From a virus (lineage: Duplodnaviria; Caudoviricetes), in the IMG/VR virus record IMGVR_UViG_3300023197_000064, positions 1-42,400 of that record: 42,400 nucleotides of DNA; one strand, written 5' to 3'. The translations under genes and the position numbers were made by a program. This document shows, one piece after another, positions 8,788-16,494 of this stretch. Below the pieces are notes generated by a model, which saw only the letters and a list, made by a program, of their open reading frames with translations, did not search any database and was not told the origin of the DNA. Within the stretch, counting starts at the first letter, position 1; each line of letters begins with the position of its first letter.

Positions 8788-9327
8788 ATGTCGCGCCTCA
8801 GCGATATCGAAGAGACGGCTGAGCAGTACCGCGGGGTCCGCGACGACCTCTCGGCTCGCGTCACCGAAATGGAGCGCGAGGTCGAAGATGTAAAACGCCG
8901 GCACATGCCGGCGATCCGCGAGCTGGCGGGCCGGGCCACGGACCTGCAGACCAAGCTGCGCGAGCAGGTGCGTGAGGCGAAAGGTGTGTTCACGCAGCAG
9001 CAGCGCACGATCACGGTCTCCGGCATCCGGGTTGGCTGGCGCAAGACCACCGGCCGGGTGAAGATCCGCGACGGCAAGCGCACGGCCGAGCTGATCCAGA
9101 AGCATTTCCCCGATCGCTACGACCAACTCGTTCAGGTCGAGTACAAGCCGGTGAAGTCGGCCCTCGCCAAGCTGTCGGCGGGCGAGCTGCAGAAGCTCAA
9201 CGTCTCGCTGGAGGGGGGCCACGACGAAGTCGTGATCAAACCCCAGGACAGCGAGATCGACAAGTTGGTCGACAAGCTGTTGGAGGAAGACCAGCAGCAC
9301 AACCAGCCGGAGGTGGGCCATGCCTGA
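8788..9327 (+). CDS. Host-nuclease inhibitor Gam-like protein
   Basis: Coiled-coil N-terminus then RTITVSGIRVGWRK...YKPVKSAL, like the Mu Gam family; strong AAGGAGG RBS. Confidence 0.7.
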   Translation: MSRLSDIEETAEQYRGVRDDLSARVTEMEREVEDVKRRHMPAIRELAGRATDLQTKLREQVREAKGVFTQQQRTITVSGIRVGWRKTTGRVKIRDGKRTAELIQKHFPDRYDQLVQVEYKPVKSALAKLSAGELQKLNVSLEGGHDEVVIKPQDSEIDKLVDKLLEEDQQHNQPEVGHA

Positions 9328-9571
9328 TGCGGGCTACGGCGGCATCTCGCCCGAGCAGCTTCGGAACTACATCGAGCGCATCGAAAAGCTGGAAGAGGAA
9401 AAGGCTGCGCTGCAGCAAGATCTCAACGAGGTCTACAACGAAGCCAAGGCCAACGGCTTCGACACCAAGATCATGCGTCAAATCATCCGCCTGCGCAAAA
9501 AGGACCACGAGGACCGCCAGCAGGAGGAGAGCATGATCGACCTGTATAAAAATGCGCTGGGGATGGAGTGA
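9320..9571 (+). CDS. DUF2312 / GapR-family DNA-binding protein
   Basis: QLRNYIERIEKLEEEKAALQQDLNEVYNEAKANGFDTKIMRQIIRLRK...LYKNALGM is the family signature. Confidence 0.92.
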   Translation: MPDAGYGGISPEQLRNYIERIEKLEEEKAALQQDLNEVYNEAKANGFDTKIMRQIIRLRKKDHEDRQQEESMIDLYKNALGME

Positions 9572-10686
9572 TCACCATGCAACACACGATGGACACACGC
9601 GCGCACCTTCTGGAGCGGAGCCTCGACGCCGGCCTCGCCCCGCTTGAGGCTCTCACCGCGGCGCAGCGGATGTGGCGCTTCGTCCGCGACGGCGACGGCG
9701 CCCCGGATGGCCGGGCGGCGATCATCGGCATCGAATACAGCCAGTCCCGCGGCTGGCGGCGGATCGACGTGGACGGCAATCGCTTCGAGCCCCAGGACGG
9801 GTTCTTCGACAGCCACCCTGTTTGGGGCGAAATTCGGACCGTCTCTGTCGAGGGGCAGATTATGGTCGAGATCCCGGCCTTCTACGTCCGCCGCGAGCAC
9901 AGCGGTGACGCCATGCGGCTGTGGGTCAGCCCCCAGCCGGCGGCCGGTTTTCATCGCCACGCGGCCTTCCGGTTGCTGGGCATCGACCTGCCGGCGGTCC
10001 AGGTGGGCGCCTACGAGGCCTGCCCCAACGGCGACGTGGCTGGCAGCCTTGCGGGCGTGGACCCGCTCACGCGGATCGACTTCCCGGCGATGCAGCGGGC
10101 CTGTCGGCGCCACGGCGGAAACGGCTTCGGGTTGTGGTCGATCTACGAGCTGTCCGCCATCCAGACGCTGGTGCTCATTGAGGTCGGCTCGCCGGACGTC
10201 CAGGGCGAGGTCGGCTTCGGCAACGTCCACGGCGGCGGCCCGAAGCTCACCGGCAGCACATCGGCGTGCTGGCGCGGCATCCACGAGCTGTGGGGCAACG
10301 TGCTCCACATGGTGGACGGGCTGCAGCACGACCCGGACGGCCAGATCCTGCTGTGGGACGAGGACGGTCATGGGTCCTGGGTGCACACCGGCATCCAGTC
10401 GGCGGGGCTGAACAGCATCGGCGCCATCGATGGCTTCCGGAGCGAGCAGGCCTTCGCCGATGTCTTCCTGCCATCCGCGATCGGTCGCAGCGACGATGGG
10501 GCAATTCTGTCGGACCTGTACGTCGCGCCGGATGTCGGCCGCCCAAGCGTCGCCTACCACGGCGGCAACTGGAGCAATGGCTCGCGGGCGGGCCTCTTCA
10601 TCCTGTACTGCAACAACACCGCGTCGGGTTCCGGCTCGCTTATCGGCGGTCGCCTCGCAAGGCGCGTTCTGCACCCGGAAACCTGA
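9568..10686 (+). CDS. Second (remote) DGR target protein with C-terminal C-type-lectin-fold-like domain, paralogous to the tail-fibre C-terminus
   Basis: Aligns over ~330 aa with the C-terminus of 37241..40078 (HPV.G, MVEIP.FY, IDFP.MQ, LWSIY, LWGNV, VAYHGG...IGGRLA) and ends in a VR. Confidence 0.9.
   Translation: MITMQHTMDTRAHLLERSLDAGLAPLEALTAAQRMWRFVRDGDGAPDGRAAIIGIEYSQSRGWRRIDVDGNRFEPQDGFFDSHPVWGEIRTVSVEGQIMVEIPAFYVRREHSGDAMRLWVSPQPAAGFHRHAAFRLLGIDLPAVQVGAYEACPNGDVAGSLAGVDPLTRIDFPAMQRACRRHGGNGFGLWSIYELSAIQTLVLIEVGSPDVQGEVGFGNVHGGGPKLTGSTSACWRGIHELWGNVLHMVDGLQHDPDGQILLWDEDGHGSWVHTGIQSAGLNSIGAIDGFRSEQAFADVFLPSAIGRSDDGAILSDLYVAPDVGRPSVAYHGGNWSNGSRAGLFILYCNNTASGSGSLIGGRLARRVLHPET
10558..10661 (+). 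repeat. DGR variable region VR2
   Basis: Colinear with TR 40818-40921; 9 mismatches, all at TR adenines. Confidence 0.95.
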
Positions 10687-10717
10687 GTTCTGACGGCCCC
10701 GCCGATAGGCGGGGCCG
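10678..10717 (+). promoter_or_regulatory. VR2 downstream DGR cis element: GAAACCTGAGTTCTGA plus 10-bp hairpin with GATA loop
   Basis: CGGCCCCGCC-GATA-GGCGGGGCCG at 10694-10717; same offset from the VR as the VR1 element. Confidence 0.85.
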
Positions 10718-10796
10718 ATCCCCCGGCGAAACCGCGCCCGCGGTCTGCGGGGAATGGGCGCCCCGCACTGACGAGCCAGCCCGAAACGGAGGAACC

Positions 10797-11312
10797 ATGG
10801 GTCAGCGCAGCCTCCTCAAAGCGCCGCCGCGCTACACCGAGGCCTTCGAGCGCTTCTGGAAAGCGTATCCCACGCGCCGCCCCAACCCGAAGGCGCTCGC
10901 CGCCCAGGCTTTCGCCGAGCTGGAGCGCGCGGGCGAGGATCCGGAGGAGGTGGTCCGCGCAGCGCGCCGCTTCGCGGCGGAGTGCGAGCGCCTGGAGATC
11001 GCGCCGGCCTACATTCCGCATGCGCGCACCTGGCTCTCCCAGCGGCGCTTCGAGGATTACATGGGCCCCGGAGAGCCGGAGGGCGATGCCGGGGCGGAGC
11101 CGGCGGACGATCCGCTGTACGGCGCCCTGGATCTGCAGCCGGCCGAGTATCGCAACTGGATCGCCCCTCTGCGCATCGAGCGCGGCGAGCGCGCGGCGCG
11201 TATCCACGCACCCAGCCGCTTCCATGCGGATTGGGTGCGTAGGCAGTACGCCGACCGGCTTCGCCGCGCGCTTGGCCGGCCCGTCGAGATCATCGCCGGA
11301 GGCGGACGATGA
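10797..11312 (+). CDS. Hypothetical protein with phage replication-protein-like N-part and DnaA N-terminal-like C-part
   Basis: FERFWKAYP...YIPHARTWL..RRFED, then YRNWIAPL...IHAPSRFHADWVRRQY (DnaA domain I-like); GGAGG RBS. Confidence 0.7.
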   Translation: MGQRSLLKAPPRYTEAFERFWKAYPTRRPNPKALAAQAFAELERAGEDPEEVVRAARRFAAECERLEIAPAYIPHARTWLSQRRFEDYMGPGEPEGDAGAEPADDPLYGALDLQPAEYRNWIAPLRIERGERAARIHAPSRFHADWVRRQYADRLRRALGRPVEIIAGGGR

Positions 11313-12064
11313 CCGCCGCACATCAGCAGTCGGATCGGAAGACCTTCGGCGGTGGCCGCAATGCCGCCTTGGCCAAGCTCCACAAGGCGGCGAAGGACTG
11401 CGGCCACGGCGACGAGACCAGGCGCGACGTCATCGAGCGCGTCACGGGCAAACGCTCGGCCGCGCAGCTCAGCGTGGCGCAGCTCGACCAGGTCGTGAAT
11501 CACTACAAGCGTGAGTTGGGCTGGCAGGAGCGCGGCAAAAAGCGTCGCCAGGGCGGCGGCAAGCGGCGCGGCGGCGGGCTTGCGCCGGGCGAGGTGCAGG
11601 CCAAGGCGCGCGCGCTCTGGCTCTCGTTGTATCATCTGGGCGAGGTGCAGGAGCCGGGCGAACAGGCGCTGGACACGTTCGCGCGCCGGCAGCTCGGCTA
11701 CGACAGTCTGCGCTTTCTCCCGGCGGCCGAGGCGTCGGCCGTGGTGGATGCGCTGAAGGCATGGTGCCGGCGCGCAGGCTTCGCCGTGGGCGACGCGGAC
11801 GCCCATCGGCGCATCCAGGATTTCCGCGTGTTTTGCGGCCGCGCGGAGGCGCTCGCGCACCCCGACAAGGTGATCCTGATCCGCGCCTTGTGGGAGAAGC
11901 TGATCCAGGAGGGCGCGATGTATCATGGCATCCACGCCAGCCTGGAAACCTACCTCCTCCGCCGTGGCTACGGCACGGACAAGGTCGATCTTTTGACCGA
12001 CGCTCAGGCGGACGACGCCGTCGAGCGCCTCGGTCGCTGGTATCGGAGGGTCGTGGATACATGA
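11309..12064 (+). CDS. gemA: GemA (Mu gp16, DUF1018) family protein
   Basis: LAKLH...RDVIERVTGKRSAAQLSVAQL...KARALWLSLYHLG...ASAVVDALKAW; directly upstream of Mor as in Mu. Confidence 0.85.
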   Translation: MTAAHQQSDRKTFGGGRNAALAKLHKAAKDCGHGDETRRDVIERVTGKRSAAQLSVAQLDQVVNHYKRELGWQERGKKRRQGGGKRRGGGLAPGEVQAKARALWLSLYHLGEVQEPGEQALDTFARRQLGYDSLRFLPAAEASAVVDALKAWCRRAGFAVGDADAHRRIQDFRVFCGRAEALAHPDKVILIRALWEKLIQEGAMYHGIHASLETYLLRRGYGTDKVDLLTDAQADDAVERLGRWYRRVVDT

Positions 12065-12423
12065 TCGTCTCCGCCCAGCTCCAGGAAATCGCGGACGTCA
12101 TCGGCGAGGTGCCGGCGCTGCGCCTGGCGGAAGTCTACGGCGGCCAGGAGCGCTGTTACGTGCCGCGCACGCCTTCGCCCACGCACCGGTGGGCGCAGGT
12201 GGTCGGCTGGGAGGCGTGGCGCGCACTGTGCGAGCACTTCGGCGGCGAGCGCATCGACATCCCGCGGAATGCGTTTGCACGCAGCAAAAAGATCCGCATC
12301 GTGGAGCTGGCGCAGCGCGGCGTGAGCCACGCCGAGATCGCGTCCCTCGTCGGCTGTACCGAGCGCTGGGTGCGCAGCGTCGTGAACGCCGGCGCCGAAG
12401 AAGGCCAGCCCGAGCTGTTCTAG
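12061..12423 (+). CDS. Mor/C-family transcriptional activator
   Basis: ALRLAEVYGGQ.CYVP...LCEHFGGERIDIP and C-terminal HTH (SHAEIASLVGCTERWVRSV); last gene before the lysis operon. Confidence 0.85.
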   Translation: MIVSAQLQEIADVIGEVPALRLAEVYGGQERCYVPRTPSPTHRWAQVVGWEAWRALCEHFGGERIDIPRNAFARSKKIRIVELAQRGVSHAEIASLVGCTERWVRSVVNAGAEEGQPELF

Positions 12424-12440
12424 CTGGCCAAGCGGCTTCG

Positions 12441-12487
12441 CCCGGAAGCCGTTCCGGGCATTCCCCTGCGTGTGTCCGTCCCATGCT
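12441..12487 (+). promoter_or_regulatory. Candidate Mor/C-activated late promoter 1 (lysis/head operon)
   Basis: CCCGGAAGCCGTTCCGGGCA followed after 21 nt by -10-like CATGCT. Confidence 0.7.
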
Positions 12488-12525
12488 CTCCGCGACCGCA
12501 AGGTGACGCCGACGCGGAGGGCGCC

Positions 12526-12969
12526 GTGACCGTCTACACCAAGCTCGACGTGGATACGCTTGCCCGCACGCTCTACGGAGAGGCGCGGGGTGAAGGCATC
12601 GACGGCATGCACGCCGTGGCGCACGTGCCGTTGAACCGCCTGAAAAACCCCGGCTGGTGGACGCGCGAGCAGGGCGACGGCATCCCCGACGACACCGTGG
12701 CCGCCGCGTGTCGCGATCCCTATCAGTTCAGCACCTGGAATGCCGGCAACCCCAACCGCGACCTGATCCAGAAGGTCACGTTGGACGACCCGGTCTTCCA
12801 GAAGGCCTACGGCGTGGCGATCGCGGTGCTCCACGGCCTCGGCGGCTTCGGCGAGGATCCGGCGAACGGCGCGACACACTATCACACGGTGAACGTGTCG
12901 CCCTCGTGGGCGGAGGGGCGCGAACCCGTCAAGCGGGTCGGCGATCACCTGTTTTACACCGACATCTGA
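12526..12969 (+). CDS. Endolysin, cell-wall hydrolase (SleB/Hydrolase_2 family)
   Basis: LARTLYGEARGE...VAHVPLNR...YQFSTWN...GATHYH...PSWA...GDHLFY; GGAGG-GTG start. Confidence 0.9.
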   Translation: MTVYTKLDVDTLARTLYGEARGEGIDGMHAVAHVPLNRLKNPGWWTREQGDGIPDDTVAAACRDPYQFSTWNAGNPNRDLIQKVTLDDPVFQKAYGVAIAVLHGLGGFGEDPANGATHYHTVNVSPSWAEGREPVKRVGDHLFYTDI

Positions 12970-12980
12970 AGGGGGTCGTC

Positions 12981-13217
12981 ATGGGCGGCAAGAAGCCCTG
13001 GTACAAGTCGAAGACGGTCTGGTCCGGCGTGATCACCGTGGGCGCAAGCATCGCCGGCACGTTCGGCGTGCAGGTGGACCCGGAGACGCAGCAGCAGCTC
13101 GTCAATCAGATCGTCCCCGCCATCACCACGCTGACCGGGCTGGGCGCGGTCATCGGCCGGCTCATCGCGCGCGATGAGCTGTCGGACAAGAAGGGCTCGG
13201 ACGAAGGGCAGTCCTGA
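12981..13217 (+). CDS. Putative holin (78 aa)
   Basis: KPWYKSKTVW plus two hydrophobic segments and a charged tail, after the endolysin. Confidence 0.7.
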   Translation: MGGKKPWYKSKTVWSGVITVGASIAGTFGVQVDPETQQQLVNQIVPAITTLTGLGAVIGRLIARDELSDKKGSDEGQS

Positions 13218-13426
13218 TGTGGCTGGCCCTCGTTGGCGGAGCCGGCTTCGTGGCGGTCGCGGCGTTCGTGGTTTGGCGCTACGGCCGCTCGAAGTACGAG
13301 GCCGGCCAGGCCGATGCGAAGCGTGAGCAGGTCGAGAGCGCCCGTGATGCCCAGAAGCGCATGGACGACGTGGACCCGAAAGGCGAGTCCGGCACCGTCG
13401 AAGAGCTGGAAGACGGCGGGTACTGA
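13217..13426 (+). CDS. Putative i-spanin-like membrane protein
   Basis: N-terminal TM segment then a charged helical region, within the lysis cassette. Confidence 0.55.
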   Translation: MWLALVGGAGFVAVAAFVVWRYGRSKYEAGQADAKREQVESARDAQKRMDDVDPKGESGTVEELEDGGY

Positions 13427-13439
13427 CGGCCGCCGGTAC

Positions 13440-13682
13440 GTGGCGGCGCTCTTGGGCGGTCTGGCCGTGGCGGCGTGCGCCGGCGGCGCCGGCTACGTCG
13501 CCGCGCCGGAGCTGCAGCGCTACAGCGACGCTTTTCAAGATCGCCTGGCGCGCGAGATGCAGCGCGCCGACGGTTCACCGTGCAGCCGCATTGAGCCGCA
13601 GGACGGGTGCCTCGCGTGGAAGCGCGTCGTCATCGATCACGGCACGATGCGCGACAAGATCCGGGCGGCGGAGGACGATTGA
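13440..13682 (+). CDS. Putative o-spanin-like lipoprotein
   Basis: Signal/lipobox LLGGLAVAAC; follows the i-spanin candidate; start uncertain. Confidence 0.5.
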   Translation: MAALLGGLAVAACAGGAGYVAAPELQRYSDAFQDRLAREMQRADGSPCSRIEPQDGCLAWKRVVIDHGTMRDKIRAAEDD

Positions 13683-13683
13683 G

Positions 13684-14052
13684 GTGGAGTGGCTCGACGT
13701 TCTCTACCGCCTGTGGCCGGTGGCGAGCCTGCTGATCACCGGTTTGGCGGCGTGGCTGCTGTGGTCCATCCGCAAGCACTTCGTCACGCGCCAGGAGTTC
13801 AAGGACACGCTGGAGGCGCTTCAGGGCGATGGTCAGGACCGCTCGGAGCGCATCGCCGCCCTGGAAAACCGGATCGCGCACGTCCCATCCCAGGACGACG
13901 TCCACGATCTTCGTCTGTGCATCACCCGATTAGAAGGGTCGATGGACACGCTCGGCAAGCGTCTGGACGGCACGGAGCGCCTGCTGGAGCGGTTCGAGAG
14001 CGTCGTGAACCGCCAGGAAGACTACCTGATGAACCACGGAAGCGGGCGATGA
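13684..14052 (+). CDS. DUF2730-like (Mu gp25-like) membrane/coiled-coil protein
   Basis: N-terminal TM, FVTRQEF...RIAALENRIAHVPSQDDVHDL...; Mu synteny. Confidence 0.7.
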   Translation: MEWLDVLYRLWPVASLLITGLAAWLLWSIRKHFVTRQEFKDTLEALQGDGQDRSERIAALENRIAHVPSQDDVHDLRLCITRLEGSMDTLGKRLDGTERLLERFESVVNRQEDYLMNHGSGR

Positions 14053-14357
14053 ATTATCAGCAGCACGTAACGGCGGACCGGCGTCTGCAGATCCTGCGGC
14101 TGCTCGCGCAGGATCCCGGCGGCCAGACCAACCACATCATCCTCCACCAACTGCTGGAGGAAGTCGGCCACCGGCCGAGCGTGGACCAGATCAAGGACGA
14201 TCTGGCGTGGATGGAGGAGCTGCAGCTCGTGGAGGTGTCGGTCGTCGGCCAGGGGACGTACCACACCGCGCAGATCACCGAGCGGGGCAGCGACGTCGCC
14301 AACGGGCGCAGCACCGCGCGCGGCGTGCGCAAGCCGCGGCCGAGCGAGCTGGGCTGA
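14049..14357 (+). CDS. Mu gp26-like winged-helix protein
   Basis: DRRLQILRLL...DDLAWMEELQLV...ITERGSDVANG...GVRKPRP. Confidence 0.8.
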   Translation: MNYQQHVTADRRLQILRLLAQDPGGQTNHIILHQLLEEVGHRPSVDQIKDDLAWMEELQLVEVSVVGQGTYHTAQITERGSDVANGRSTARGVRKPRPSELG

Positions 14358-14368
14358 CGGAGGCGTCT

Positions 14369-14923
14369 ATGGCGCGGCGGAGCAGCCTCGAAGACCTCCC
14401 CCAAGAGTTGCTGGACGAGGTCAACAGCCTCGTCGGCGAGCGCGGCTGGACGATCGACCAGGTCGTTGAGTATCTGCGCGAGGCGGGGTATCCGCGCTCG
14501 CGCTCGGCCGTGGGCCGGCACAGCAAGCGCGTCCGCGAGCTGGGCGAGCGGTTGCGCCAGTCGCGGGAGATTACCGAGGCGCTGGTCAAGGAGATGGGGC
14601 CGGCCGCGCAGGAAGGCCAGCAGGGACGCCTGCTGGCGCAGATGCTGCGCACACTGGTGCACGACCACCTTGAGCAGCAGCTGCAGGAGGGTGGCAGCAC
14701 GCCAGACCCCGAGCAGTTCGCCTACTTGGCGCGCACACTCAAGGAGATCTCGCAGGCAACGCGCCACGACCAGGACTTCGAGCAGAAGATCCGCGAGCAA
14801 GTGCGCCAGGAGGAGCGCGAGCAGGCCGCGCAGCAGGCCGTCGAGGCCGCGAAGAGCGCCGGCCTGTCGGGTGAGAAGGCGGCGGACATCCGCCGCGACA
14901 TCCTCGGAGCGCCGGCCGCATGA
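14369..14923 (+). CDS. Mu gp27-like (DUF3486) terminase small subunit
   Basis: MARRSSLEDLP...SRSAVGRH...GLSGEKAADIRRDILG; precedes TerL. Confidence 0.85.
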   Translation: MARRSSLEDLPQELLDEVNSLVGERGWTIDQVVEYLREAGYPRSRSAVGRHSKRVRELGERLRQSREITEALVKEMGPAAQEGQQGRLLAQMLRTLVHDHLEQQLQEGGSTPDPEQFAYLARTLKEISQATRHDQDFEQKIREQVRQEEREQAAQQAVEAAKSAGLSGEKAADIRRDILGAPAA

Positions 14924-16494
14924 GCGAGCCCGAGGCGCCGTTCGTCCTGCTGCCCTATCAGCAGCGCTGGGTCGGTGACGACGCTGCGGTCAAGGTGGCC
15001 GAAAAGAGCCGGCGTGTCGGCCTGACGTGGGCCGAGGCCTCGGACGACGTGCTCATCGCTGGCATGCGCGCTGACGCCGGCGGCGCGGACGTGTGGTACA
15101 TCGGCTACAACCAGGACATGGCGCGCGAGTTCATCGAGACCTGCGCGGCCTGGGCGGCGCAGCTCCGGCGCGCCACCACGGCGATGACGGCGCCCGGCGA
15201 CGCGGAAGAGGTCCTGGTCGATGACGACGACAAGGACATCCTGGCCTTCCGCATTCGCTTCGCTTCAGGGTTCAAGATCACCGCGCTATCCTCGCGCCCG
15301 TCCAACCTGCGCGGCAAGCAGGGCGTGGTCGTCATCGACGAAGCGGCCTTCCACCCCGATTTGAACGCGCTTTTAAAAGCGGCGTTCGCGTTGCTCATTT
15401 GGGGCGGGCGCGTGCGCGTCATCTCCACGCACGACGGCGTGGAGAACCCGTTCAATGAGCTGATCGAAGACATCCGCGCCGGCCGCAAGGAGTACAGCCT
15501 GCACCGGATCACCTTCGACCAAGCACTTTCCGATGGCCTGTACCAGCGCATCTGCCGGGTCAACGGCGAGACCTGGACGCAAGCCAAGGAAGACGCCTGG
15601 CGCCAGGAGATCCGTGCCATCTACGGCGACGGCGCCAGCGAAGAGTTGGACGTCATCCCGCGCGCCAGCGGCGGCAAGTGGCTGCCCCGCGCCGTCATCG
15701 AAGCGCGCATGACCGAGCGCGCGTCCGTGGTGCGCTGGTCGTGCGAGGACGGCTTCGTGGACCGGCCGGATCACGTGCGTCGGGCGGATTGCCGTGACTG
15801 GCTGGATGCGGAGCTGCGCCCGATCCTGGACCGCCTGACGGCCTACGACGCCACCTATATCGGCGAGGACTTCGGCCGCACGGGCGACCTGACCGTGCTC
15901 TGGCCGTTCGTGGTGGATCAGCACCTGAACCGCCGGGCGCCTTTCGTCGTCGAGCTGCGCAACGTGCCGTTCACGCAGCAAGAGCAGGTCGTGCAGTACC
16001 TCATCGATCGCCTGCCGCGGTTCTCCGGGGGCGCCTTCGATGCGCGGGGCAACGGGGCGTATCTCGCCGAGCGCGCGCGCCAGCTCTACGGCGCGTCGAT
16101 GATCCACGAGGTCCAGCTTTCCGAGGCTTGGTACCGCGAGAACATGGCGCCCGTGAAGGCTGCGTTCGAGGACGGCACGATCGCCATCCCCAAGGACGCG
16201 GACATCCTGGAGGACTTCCGGGCAGTCGAGGTGGTCAAGGGTGTGCCCAAGGTGCCGGACACGGCCCGCACGCGCGGGCGCACCGGCCAGCGTCACGGCG
16301 ACGCGGCGATCGCCTGCGCGCTCGCCTACGCGGCGACGCGCGCCGAGACGGGCCCCGCCGAGGTGCAGGTCGCGGGCGACCGCCGGGCCGGCGCCGCGCC
16401 GGGCGTGCTGGGCGAGGATCACCCGATGGGGTTTGACGCCGGCGACGACCTGCCGCTGCCGGGCGCCGGGGACTTCGAGGAGTTCATGGCATGA
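14920..16494 (+). CDS. terL: Terminase large subunit (Mu gp28-like)
   Basis: LLPYQQRW, EKSRRVGLTW, LRGKQGVVVIDEAAFH, GEDFGRTGDLTV, RHGDAAIA. Confidence 0.95.
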   Translation: MSEPEAPFVLLPYQQRWVGDDAAVKVAEKSRRVGLTWAEASDDVLIAGMRADAGGADVWYIGYNQDMAREFIETCAAWAAQLRRATTAMTAPGDAEEVLVDDDDKDILAFRIRFASGFKITALSSRPSNLRGKQGVVVIDEAAFHPDLNALLKAAFALLIWGGRVRVISTHDGVENPFNELIEDIRAGRKEYSLHRITFDQALSDGLYQRICRVNGETWTQAKEDAWRQEIRAIYGDGASEELDVIPRASGGKWLPRAVIEARMTERASVVRWSCEDGFVDRPDHVRRADCRDWLDAELRPILDRLTAYDATYIGEDFGRTGDLTVLWPFVVDQHLNRRAPFVVELRNVPFTQQEQVVQYLIDRLPRFSGGAFDARGNGAYLAERARQLYGASMIHEVQLSEAWYRENMAPVKAAFEDGTIAIPKDADILEDFRAVEVVKGVPKVPDTARTRGRTGQRHGDAAIACALAYAATRAETGPAEVQVAGDRRAGAAPGVLGEDHPMGFDAGDDLPLPGAGDFEEFMA

